Source: Macrostomum lignano
Taxonomy: Eukaryota
NCBI GenBank assembly: GCA_002269645.1
Contig: NIVC01004536.1
Coordinates: forward strand, 34,579 to 77,442
DNA: 42,864 nucleotides
Direction: 5' to 3'
A program made the translations under genes and the position numbers. Below the pieces are notes generated by a model. That model searched no databases and was not told where the DNA came from. It worked only from the letters and a program-made list of their open reading frames with translations. Numbering within the stretch: the first letter of the stretch is position 1; the number at the start of each line of letters is the position of its first letter. Below are positions 1 through 16,700 of the stretch, piece after piece.

Positions 1-702
1 TGGCGGATTTTATAGCCTGGCCATACAGCTAGTCTACTTAAATGGCAATTTTTTAACTGTTCATTGTCCATTACACTGCTGTGCCTCTTTCACCTGTCCA
101 TCAAAGTTATCTGGTGGATTGCATTTTGTATTTGACGAGACGTATTATTCTACTGACAGCTGCTGACGTGAATCCGTCAATTTCCATTCAAGTTGGCAAG
201 GAGACCATTAAAAAGAATGTGGACTATAGTGCAAAACTGTGCGTCATTTTTCTCATGTGTTGATTGCACTTCAAGGCGCATCTTGTCTTCTGAGCTCGGA
301 CACCCTCGCGCAACGCCTTCGCGACATCGGTCCCACAATATACCAGCGCTGACGGCAATTCTGCCCGTTCCGTTGACGGGAATTTACAAGTTACAAGCTA
401 CAAGCTACAAGTTTAATAGCTACAAGCTACGAGCTACAAGTTTAATAGCTACAAGCTACGAGCTACAAGCAGTGTTGTGAAACACTTTTTCTTGTAGCTC
501 GTAGCTACAAGCCAAGAATCGTACAAGTTTGACAAGCTTGTAACTATTCACTTCATCGTCTATGGTAAAAGAACTACCTCTTTGGGGTGGTAGAGAAAAC
601 GACTCGAAGCTAATTAAAAACAAAACTCATTTCATCCACGCTTCTTCCATCCATCTTTCATCCATCTAGCTTCTTACATTCGTCTATTCGCTTTCGCTTA
701 CG

Positions 703-843
703 ATGCCTCTCTCTGCAAGTGAGAAGACGCTTCTGTTAGAGAAGATACGCGACGTCAAGGGAACTTTATTTGGCGCGTTCACCTCGGTGCTAACCGAGGC
801 TCTCGGTCGTCGCTCTCATCGTCTGACGTTTCGAACAGCATAA
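703..843 (+). pseudogene. Myb/SANT-like (Harbinger-associated type) fragment
   Basis: The 46-aa ORF MPLSASEKTLLLEKIRDVKGTLFGAFTSVLT... resembles the first helices of Myb_DNA-bind_5/MSANTD proteins and then breaks off. No transposase was recognised. Confidence 0.3.
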
Positions 844-1577
844 ATCGAAGTAGCCCGAGCACAATTAAGCACAATAATAATCTATAGTGAAAAATATGCA
901 GTGCGGTTAGAGGTTGCTGAGTGAGGTTAGAAGAAAGCGTTCTTTGAAAACTGTGTGCTTTTAGTTTACAAGTGCGAGTAAAAGAAGGCGACTATTCAAC
1001 TTGTCAGCAATTACCAGTGATTGGGGTTGTAGACATAGACGCTTTATGAAACAAAACGCTTGTAGCACGTACACACGCTCACCTAGGGTGTACAGCGGAC
1101 TCTTGACTTTCTGCTCCGCTCCTGTAGTCGACTTTTTTTGACGAAGAAAGGGTTTTAAGGAAAAATTAATTGGCATTCCAGATTCTCTTTTCGAAATCTC
1201 CTTGGCTTTGGAAAGAAAAGAAAAAGCAGCAGCTGCTCCCCATCATCATGTGCATAATTAGCAATTCTTTTATGCGGGTCCGTTGGACACTCATGAATTC
1301 TCGGCATTATAAAAAGGTTCTTTAAGTGAGTGGATTCTTCTGCAAAGCTTGTCGTGGGCCCATTTCATGCATTGCTACAGGTACGTCTCTTGCATAGCAA
1401 TTGAGCGAGAAAGAATTCTCTGCAACACTTTCTGCTTTCAGTCTGTCGCAGGCAGCAGACAGTAGTACAACTGAAATTTATGACTGCAGACTCGCATATT
1501 ATTATCTACAGACTTTGATTGATATGAACGCTATGATTGCCACAGCAAATACGCACAGTACGATTTGAGAAGCTCTG

Positions 1578-1592
1578 GTTGCCAGGAGCAAC
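1578..1592. promoter_or_regulatory. RFX X-box candidate upstream of CFAP92
   Basis: GTTGCC-AGG-AGCAAC matches GTNRCC-N(0-3)-RGYAAC and lies ~545 nt before the ATG of a ciliary gene. Confidence 0.5.
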
Positions 1593-1599
1593 CTGGGCG

Positions 1600-1634
<35 letters not shown>

Positions 1635-2136
1635 GTTTTCTCTTCTTTCCCTCTCGCCAGGCTGGTAGAGCTGATAGAGCACAGAGCAGAGCGCAGCTCC
1701 TTTGCAGAAAATGCGCAACCAACTGACAAGTGCGAATCCGAGGAGCAGGGGCGCAGGAGAGTTGTGGGGGTGTAGAGGCTGGGGTTGCTATCTAGCAGAA
1801 AGCGGACTTGCGTATGCACAGAAAAATGAACAGGCCTCAGCAACTAGCCACCCAATGAGGTCTCTGCAGCTCTCCATCTTACCAGCCCTTTCTAACTGAA
1901 TAGCATTTGCCATACTCTTGACTTGCCCCTTGACAACAGAGAGAGAGAGAGAAAGAGAGAGAGGCAAGACGTTAGACGCGCAAACCTTTGCTTGTGTCGG
2001 AAGAGTTGTCAATTGGAAGCAAATAAAGCTGCAAGCACAGGTTTATTAACATTAGCTAGATGGCGCTGCGTAGTTAAAGCAGTTGGCCCTGCTTTGAAGC
2101 AATATTTGGCAATCCCAGGGGTTACCGACGCTGAAC

Positions 2137-7261
<5,125 letters not shown>

Positions 7262-8566
7262 CGAGCCCCTGGCCTGTTTGAGGCCGAATACTGTGTTATC
7301 ATTTTGACTTGGACAGAAACTTTTCGCCTGTATCCACGCCTTGTAGCTATATAGAGACTGCCTGACCCTTCTGTTACTGTTTCGCGTGCATGCCCAGTTT
7401 AGATGAGATGAAACTGCTCTGTTTATTTAAATATAATATTTTATTATTGACTATTTTTGACGTTCCATAAAACGTGACATTCTAGACGCACTACTGTTCC
7501 CAAACTGAAAGTCAAGTAGAGAGTAAAGTGTTTTGCAAGAAAAGTTTACAAACAAATTGTTAAATTGTTTAATGGATTGTAAAATGCTTTATCGATTTCC
7601 TGCTCTCAATGGCACAGAGCTTTCGCGAAGCATTCGATACTCCTAATTTATTTATGGTGGAAAAATAACACAGGATCGAGAAGCTTCCCAGAGAAAACTG
7701 TGTTTATTTATTCAGCAAGCTGTTATATTCATTATTCATCCCGGATTGCTAGCTGTTTGAATAGAAAATCCTGGGCCTTAGCAACCAAAAAGGAGCCTAT
7801 TGTAGAGAGAGAGACTGCTCAAGTCAGTCACACCTTATAGGAAGCTGGAGGATGCGGCGTCGCTGGGCTCGCCTCCTCCCCCCTCGGCAGCAGCTCAATA
7901 TTGAGCCAGCCCCGTGAGAAGTGTATTGCTTCTGATGTTTGCTTCTTTTTTGGAGAAAAGACCGGGAAGAGGAGGGAGGGAGTCGAAAGGGACTGAGGGG
8001 GGGGGTGGCCCGCATTCAATAGGATGATAGCGCCTATGGTTCGGGTTGGCGAGGAAAAAGAGACGAGGGTTTAGGAGCAGCTGCAGAGCTGTCGCTGATG
8101 GGAACGGGGGGGAGGAGACGAAGAGGATGAGAGGAGGAGCAGAGAAGATCCCCAGAGCAGACGCGCGCAGACTCTGAGAGCAGGGCAGTTCTCTGCGGCA
8201 CAGCTGGCAGGAGGCGACAAACGGATGGAAGACGGCGAAGCCCCTCTGACTGCTTCCAGCAGACGGAGGCAAAAGCAGCAGCGTCACCAGTCAGTGAGGT
8301 AGGAAACAGCCAAATTGGGTCAGACTACAAAATTTGCTCCTTTTACAATTATTGGAAGCTATGAGCGTTCTTTCGAATGCTTAAGCCGTCTTGTACAGAC
8401 TATAAGACATTCTCTGAAACAAGTGATTTTTGTTGCTAGGTGAAATGTAAATCACGACAAATTTTAAACCGAACTTAAGTAGCTCGACTGATGAGATAGT
8501 TGCTGGGGGAAATGTGGTCCAAAGAGCCTGCAGTAGCGAGCGTATCAGCGTTGGTCTAATAGCCGG

Positions 8567-10014
8567 ATGTCGAATCGCTTCAGGTGTTCCACAGGACGAG
8601 CTCCATCCAACGGGAGTCGGCACGGGAAAATGCAACCTCTAACAGAGATGCCGGAGGTCGCCGACACAGGCGGTGGCAGCGGCGGCGGCGGCAGTAGCCG
8701 AGCCTTGTACACAGCCAACCGGGTGGAGCTCAAGGCCAGCCGACTTCTGCCTCGGCCGGCTCCGCTGCCGCAGTCGCGTTGGTCGAACAGTCAGGCCAGC
8801 GGCGGCAGCAGCAGCATTGGAGGAGGCGTCGCCAGCTTCTACGCTCGACTCCGTCTGGCTGGCGGACCACGACGCAGCGCAGCGGCCGCCTTCGAAGCTG
8901 CTACAACGGAACCCGACGGTGGTGAAGAGGTGCACGAACATGTCTTCACTTCTTTTAGAGCAGGGGAAAAGTCGGGATGTATAAAGGCGATGTGTACGTA
9001 AGAGTCAAAATGGAGCCTGAAGCATTGGGTCTCAATTTCTCTACACCAATCCCTTCATTTGGAGCCAAGTAGCTCCCGTTATGCCGAAAACTCGACCACT
9101 TTAGCATTTGGGGGTCTCTGTGGGGAGAAATGGGGTAAATGGGGATTCCATGTGAACTTAAGGCTCTTAAGACTACGGGAATGCGGCAAGGTCGGTGCCG
9201 TCGATTGTCGGGAGACAAACCTTCAAATGGAGCGGATGAGAGCGGCCGGATCGCGATGACTCGTAGCGGACACATGATGAAATCCCCATTTATCCCATTT
9301 CACCCCGTAGAGATCCCCAAATGCTAAAGTGGTCGGGTTTTCGGCATAACGGGAGCTATTTGGCTCCAAATAAAGGGATTGGCCTAGAGAAATCGGGACC
9401 CAATGCTTCAGGCTCCATTTTGACTTAAGTACACATCCCCTTTCGACTTAATGTCAGACTCTGATGTTGCATTTATCAGCTGGAGATCGGCTTTTAGATT
9501 GGGGGCTATCAACTATAAAATCCTGCGCTTCAGACTATTGCTTTTTGTGGGTTTTTTAAGCATTACGAGCGTAGGTTCCACTTGTAGCACTTGTGTGGTT
9601 CGTTTTTTGGTCCAGTAGATTTAGTAAGATCCTGCTGGAATTTCGCAGCCTGCATTCTTCTGCTGATAATGTTGATACCAGTCACTTGGATGGTCTACTG
9701 TAGAAACAGACCAATACGTCGTAACTCCAGATGAATTAATCGATCCATTTTTTCTCAAGGTTCGATCATCGACTCTCTATCTGAGACCCGGCGCTCCGCA
9801 GTCTCTGCTGACGGTTGTCGCTCCAGGCGATGAAGCATCGGCGATGCAGCATCGTCGAAGCGTCGCGGACTCTGCGACCGCCTGGCGTTCAACGGCATCG
9901 TCCTTCGTGCACCGGCAGAAGCTGATGAAGTGCGACACGGCTGTGAGTCGGGCTCTGTCTAGCGGCAACTCCAGCCAGTCCACTGTGCAGCGAGTTCTGT
10001 GGGCGAGCAAGTGA
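8567..10014 (+). CDS. Possible two-exon low-complexity ORF (8567-8929 plus 9760-10014), unidentified
   Basis: Two GC-rich open frames are joinable at phase 0 (gag|gtgcac ... ctcaag|gtt), and the foldback element would lie in the intron. No domain was recognised. Confidence 0.2.
8983..9443. mobile_element. Foldback/MITE-like element with ~160-bp imperfect terminal inverted repeats
   Basis: 8983-~9148 is the reverse complement of ~9281-9443 (for example GTCAAAATGGAGCCTGAAGCATTGGGTC versus GACCCAATGCTTCAGGCTCCATTTTGAC). No clear TSD was found. Confidence 0.8.
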
Positions 10015-10718
10015 TCTTGGGCGCCACTGTGCGATGCTGCCATGAAGTCTAGGAGAGTGGAAGGTCAACTTGAGATTTTGAGCGTTATGGTATTGATAAA
10101 TTCTCCATGTTGACACCGCAGAAGTTCCTAGTCTGGTTCCCATGCGTTCTAGTCGACCAGATTCACCTCGGAAATTGGAACAATTTTTCAAACCAAACGG
10201 CTCTGTGCATGCTTTCAAATGATTTCCTCTTGTACTAAGCTTTTTCTCACTTAATCGAACACTGCAACAAATAATATTCGGTTCAATAAATCATTCAAAC
10301 TGAATTAAAATGAGATTTTTTGATAAACACATGACGTCATATTGCAATGACGTAATCTATTTGGGATCTTGCTAGTGCAGACAGAACGTTTGAAGACAGA
10401 AAATTTGATCGCAAAAATCATTAGTCATCGAGTCTACAAAATACTAAGCAAAAAAGCATAAAGGCGAATTATTTTTCTGAAGTCGCTTAGGTAAAATCAT
10501 TGACGATGTTATGCTTCAGTTATGCAGGGAAATTCTTACGAAGTTTCTTAGGTGATTCTTTAGATCTGCTTGCATTTAAAATTACATAATGTTGAGACCA
10601 AAATTAGTAAAATATGAATCATTTTAATCGAGCGGCGTCAATCTACTCTCATTGAACAGTAGTGAGTAGCGGCAATCAAACTGCAATTTGCAGAAGTAAA
10701 TCCACAAAGTTTACAGCA

Positions 10719-13700
10719 CTACATTGGTTCGCTAGTCGTCGACTTGCCGCGCTTGTTCCCCGCGCTATCGTCGCGACGCTCGCCACTGGCTCTGAAATCA
10801 TCGCCAGTGTGAACAGCGGCCGAGCACAGCTGGTGCATCCGCAGGGCGACGTGAACCCACAGTTCGAGCAGCTCGCACACAGTCAGCAGAGAGATGCCGC
10901 ACCACAGGCCCAGGATGCCTGACAAATGGGGCGTTCGGTTGAAAATTGATCAAATCGACCAAGTCGATATGGGCATGTGGTGCCCGAGATGGCCAGATCG
11001 ATCCTCGCTCCAGTTCGATTCTGCGGTGTTGCCCTCATTAATGTGGGGTTTGCGGGCACCGAATTTGGACCTACACACACACAGAATTAGTGTGCGTGCC
11101 TGTCTGGTATGTTTGTGCGCATGCGTTCTCTGGGTTTGCGAACGGACCTTGCTAGCTGTGAAACGGACCAACTTTAGATTTAATTTAGATTTAGATTTAG
11201 GAGCTTCAATGAACCCCTGGACTAGCAGTGACGTCAGCGGATGGCCTTGGTAACTGTCGAGATTATCACTTGTGCGCAGGGGCGTCGCCATGATTTTATG
11301 GTGGGGGGACAAAGCCAAGAATTCAACATGTACATGTACATGACTAAATTCGTGCATTTCCATTATTTCAAGAATCGTGTTGTCAGCCATAATTTTGGCG
11401 CCGCAGGTACTCATTTTGGCGTTGCAGGCACTCATTTTAATGCCATAGGCACCATTTTGGCGCCGCAGGCACATTTTAGCGCCGTAGGCGCTATATTTTG
11501 GCGCCCTGAAGAAAAATTATTGATTACCACGAGTCAAAAGGTGGGGTGGGGGGGGGAAAGTATTGGCATGTCCCCCCATAGCTTTTACTGGGGGGACATG
11601 CCCTCCCTGTCTCCGTCCGGTGGTGACGCGCCTGCTTGTGCGCATGGTTTTATAAGCAGTCATTTTCTTTCAGTACAGTGTCCGTCATAGGTAAACTGTG
11701 CTTGCTCCCAATTCACAAACCTCCCATATCGGCCAGCAAGTTCTTGACCGGGTAGGCCTCCTCTTCGATTTTCTCTTCGCCTAGGGGCTCGGACGCGGAC
11801 ACCGACACCATGGCCAGGCGGTCCTGCAGGACGCTCATCTCGTAGTCGAATCTGGTCAGATTAGCTGTCAGCTTGGCTGTTCCGCGAAAGTTTCGAGTCA
11901 GGGCCAGAGCGCTTAGGTAGGCGGAGTACAGGCTCACTGGGCCGCGGAATCGGCTGACGGAGTTGGGGTAGCCGAACCTGCTGGCCAGGCCGCTCAGGAA
12001 TTTTAACAGAGTGTCGCGACGAATGTTCGGCCACGTGTTGGCCACTTGGCTGACTTTGAACTCGAGGGTCTCGCAAGGCAGCTTGCAGCGGCTTCGGGCC
12101 TCGCTACGGTAGCTTTTCAGCAGATTTAGCTGGCGAATATAGCACTGGTCAGTGGCGTACAAGTTCTCGATGTCAGTAGTGTTAAAGCAAATCGGGTATT
12201 TGGCGTACAGCTGCTCGGGGATGGGCAGAAATGTTGGCAGGCAGCTGCAGTTTTCGGCGAATCTATGTAGCACAAACTCGTTGAAGCAGTCCTGCAGAGT
12301 GCTTGCTTTGAATTTCATCTTCCTTCGCATTGGTCCCCTGCAGTTTTTTGTTCTTGTTAAAACATCTTTATCATGTAATTGCACAAGCGATTCAAACAGA
12401 TTTACCTGAATTTGCTGTAGCTCTGAAATAGGTCCCTTATAATATCTGTCTTGATAGTCCAATTCGAGGCCTCAATTGGTCCGGTAAACAGCGAGTCCAT
12501 CCGGTCGCTGATGGAGTTCGGGTACGTATTGATTTAAAAAAGTGCCTGATGTAAAATCAGGCATGGTTGATAATTGACAATGCAGGAGGGATGCGTTAGT
12601 GCATTAGTGTATCCAATATTTGTAAGTGGGGCGCACCAGTGTCCAGAATCTAGACCCACTTGGACTGGGTACTCACAGTACTTTGTCGCTCAGGCTGGCA
12701 GGTGTCCAGGAGTCAAGCATATACGTTACTGGCATAACTTCACGAAGGCACTCTCTGACTGGTGGCTTTGAGTACCTGACAGTTCTATCGTATCGCAGTT
12801 TCAGCTTGGTGTGCTGCGCAGGCATGACCTCCAGAGCGTTCGCTGCCCAAGGGAATGTGCCTTCCGGGACCGCGATCACCTAACAGTGTAAGGGAGCGGA
12901 TGGTATATATTAATCAAATTCAGGGAGATGTGAACAACCAGGGCGCAATCCAAGTAGTCCAAGCATTCGCAAAGGGTGTACAACAGCCCTGACTTGTCAA
13001 GCGTATCGATTTCGTGTTGTCTTTAGGGTTGGCGTAAGCAATGGTCGTGTTTTTCATTCTACTTATCAAGAAGCGAAAGCCACCTTTATCGCAGAACTTT
13101 CGCTGCCACCACCGCCTAGCACAACATTGGCCAACTTGTTGGCCTGGCGGTAAACTCCGCCAAACGAATCAGTAGCATCGCTGAACAGTTGCACTTGAAA
13201 GATAACATCGGCCACTTCACTTGAGCTGAGGCCACGTAGCAGTGGCTCCTTCAACAGTCGCTGGCAGACGCCCAGTTCTGGCTGCAGTACCGACTGGAAA
13301 TTCGATGGACCGCACGACTGGCCGTTAAACTCGCACTTGATCAGGCCGTCGGCCAGGTCGACACCGAACTGTCGGGCCAGCGGTGCGCTACCAACTCGAG
13401 CGCGCACCGATCCCGTCACGGCTGGACTGGCCTTGTCTGGGAGCCGGTCGGTTGGGTTTTATAGGATCGATGAATTCACCCAAATGAAGCCAAAGTCAAG
13501 TTGCTAATTGAAGGACCAATGTGCTATTTCTATTGCATCAATGAATAAATGCAGCTCACTCACAGCACGGCTTCACCGTACAAGCTTCAAATAGGATGGT
13601 ATTTTCGGCTTCGTTTAAATAGAAGCAGCCCGGTTCTGTAGATTTGGCCACTGTTTCGCGACTGAAATAGTCGAGTTTGGATTTCACATTGGGGACAAAG

Positions 13701-16700
13701 TAATATCAGATATATTGAATAAATGGCGAGATTTGGCTTTATATAAAGGACTGGGAGGCGTGGTTCGGTTCCTATCAAAAGGACTGGGAGGTGTGGTTCG
13801 GTTCCTATCAAAAGGACTGGGAGGTGTGGTTCGGTTCCTATCAAAAGGACTGGGAGGTGTGGTTCGGCTCCTATCGAAAGGACTGGGAGGTGTGGTTCGG
13901 CTCCTATCGAAAGGACTGGGAGGTGTTGTTCGGCTCTTATCGAAAGGACTGGGGGTGTGGTTCGGCTCCTATCGAAAGGACTGCATGGGAGGTGTGGTTC
14001 GACTCCTATCGAAAGGACTGCATGGGAGGTGTGGTTCGACTCCTATCGAAAGGACTGCATGGGAGGTGTGGTTCGACTCCTATCGAAAGGACTGGGAAGT
14101 GTGGTTCGGCTCCTATCGAAAGGACTGGGGGTGTGGTTTGGCTCCTATCGAAAGGACTGGGAGGTGTGGTTCGGCTCCTATCGAAAGGACTGGGAGGTGT
14201 GGTTCGGTTCCTATCAAAGGACTGGGAGGTGTTGGTTCGGCTCTTATCAAAAGGACTGGGAGGTGTGGTTCGGCTCCTATCGAAAGGACTGGGGGTGTGG
14301 TTCGGCTCCTATCGAAAGGACTGCATGGGAGGTGTGGTTCGACTCCTATCGAAAGGACTGCATGGGAGGTGTGGTTCGACTCCTATCGAAAGGACTGGGA
14401 AGTGTGGTTCGGCTCCTATCGAAAGGACTGGGGGTGTGGTTTGGCTCCTATCGAAAGGACTGGGGGTGTGGTTTGGCTCCTATCGAAAGGACTGGGAAGT
14501 GTGGTTTGGCTCCTATCGAAAGGACTGGGGGTGTGGTCCAGCTCCTATCGAAAGGACTGGGGGTGTGGTTTGGCTCCTATCGAAAGGACTGGGGGTGTGG
14601 TCCAGCTCCTATCGAAAGGACTGCATGGGGAGGTGTGGTTCGGCTCCTATCGAAAGGACTGGGAGGTGTGGTTCGGCTCCTATTAGCTAATTAGCTAACT
14701 GAAAGGTAAAGCATCACGAACACGTAAGCATTTGAGCCATTGTTGCCTGGCGCCAACTGATACAAGGTGTCCGCCATGGCGTGAACACCCCTGCAGTAAT
14801 TGGACTCATTGCTGAGTTCGTAGTCCGGAGTTTGCAGAATCAGTTGCACTATTGATTTGTCTGAAATTTTGCAAGTGAGCACGCAGAGTAGCTCGTACTC
14901 GAAATACATCCCACCGACGTTTGGCCGACGTATACCGTTAATGGAAATGTACTACAAATAAAAACCATCGTTTACCCGTGACATCGAGTGAATCTTTGTT
15001 TGCTGAAACAGAATTTTTGTTTGCTGATTCAACATCAGAAATTTTGACTTGAATAAACTTGAATTCACTGACTCAAAATTGTTTACACTGAACTTGAGGT
15101 TGCAGACCCAGTTAAATAATGCTTTGAAGTGGTACTTCTGCTATTTGTGAAGAAGAAATTAGCCTACTCCTCAAACGGATTCGATCGCTCCCAATGAACT
15201 TTCAAAGTAGGTTAAATTCATACAGGATGTTCCGCTTTACATTTTTAATTCTAAGAATCTTGAGAGCAGTCTTTGGGAGCTGCTGGAAGTAACTTTAGTG
15301 ACAAACATATCCCAAACCTTAATCAAAATTAGAAACGTAGTGTAACCTGAATTTTTGGCAGTCAAATTGTGGTAGCCAGAGTAATATTTCTATTTCTTGC
15401 ATTGCAATCCATATTTCGATTCTGAAAGGGAAATTGCAGATCAGAATGCAACCAACTGGAAAACATCGAGTCCCAGTCGTGGTGAATCTCCGGTAGTCGC
15501 ATCGAGCCGTTCTCCACCCGCCGTTTTGTATCCGCCCAGATCAGGCAGGCTCGACCGGAGGCCGTGACATTCAGGCAACCGCTGTAGCGGGCCGCTTCCA
15601 GAACCTCTGTGTCGTCGCTAGCGCCGCTCGCTGTACAGTCGTACTCTGGAGGCGCAGCTGGGAAATTTCACCGCCATAATTGGTATTAGTGACGTTTTTA
15701 ACCATAGAAAAATTATTGAATTCTAGAGTATCTATGGTCAATATTTATAAGGTTAAAAAACCTGAAGAGCACCAAAAAAACACCAAAAGAACAGACAAAG
15801 ATTGTACCTAATCTACAGATATCGGAACCCCCACATACATGTAAGCGGGGGTATGGGGGGGGCGCAGTCCCCCTATATTTACCATAGACAGTAAAATTTT
15901 GAGTAGAGACAGTGAGAAGTGACAGTGAGAAACAGACAGACAAACAAATAGAATCAGTGAGGGTTGCAACTTCAACTTAAACTTGGAGGAAGACTTGGCG
16001 TATGACCTGCGCACTGCACGCAGGAGGACCCGTGGCGTCCGTTGAGCCTACATTGAATCTCCTTTCTGAGAGGATCAGTGTTTCCGCAAAGAAGAGGATG
16101 CGCATGGCGGTCAACGGTGAGACTAACACTGTGAAAATCCCGTTTGAGGACCTTCGGGTTAACTTATGCGCTAATGGAGAGACTGTCATCATTACTTGGG
16201 AATGATTTTTTGCTGGCTTGTTGCTATGACCCAACTGCTATGACTATGACTATTCCGATTGTCTTTATTCCTATTCCTACTTACTCCCAGTTTTCATTCG
16301 AGATGTTAAACTATGTTTTACGACTTAAAATGCACGGTTTTTTGTTTGATTCAACGCTCCCAATTTGTTGCAATTTGTTGCAACCTGTTTGGTTCATACA
16401 GAGGGAATAGGGTTCATATAATTGGCCTCGTTTTCAGCTTTGATATATCATATAATTGGCTCCTTTTTGAGTCACGATATATGAGACCAGACCGTAGACA
16501 ATAAAAAATTGAATAATGTGTTTTTGGAGGTTAACTGTAGATTAATAGTCTATCGAGCGATTAGTAGTACAACGAACTAGCACTAGTGGACCTTGATATT
16601 GTACTTTCTGTTTAAATCGAGGCAAGACAAGGCTACTCACGACAGAACGGAATATTGCAAGGCGATACGGAGAGGCCACGTGCTGGGTCCTCATAGAAGC

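Noticed and set aside
11713-12462. ORF-track starts and ends for channel exons (for example MDYQDR..., MKFQRT..., MEQLGN...)
   Set aside because: These extensions are intronic read-through; comparing A and B fixes the true splice sites inside the ORFs.
13740-14683. 33-bp repeat array as a CRISPR
   Set aside because: Units are head-to-tail with no unique spacers, in a spliceosomal intron, with no cas genes.
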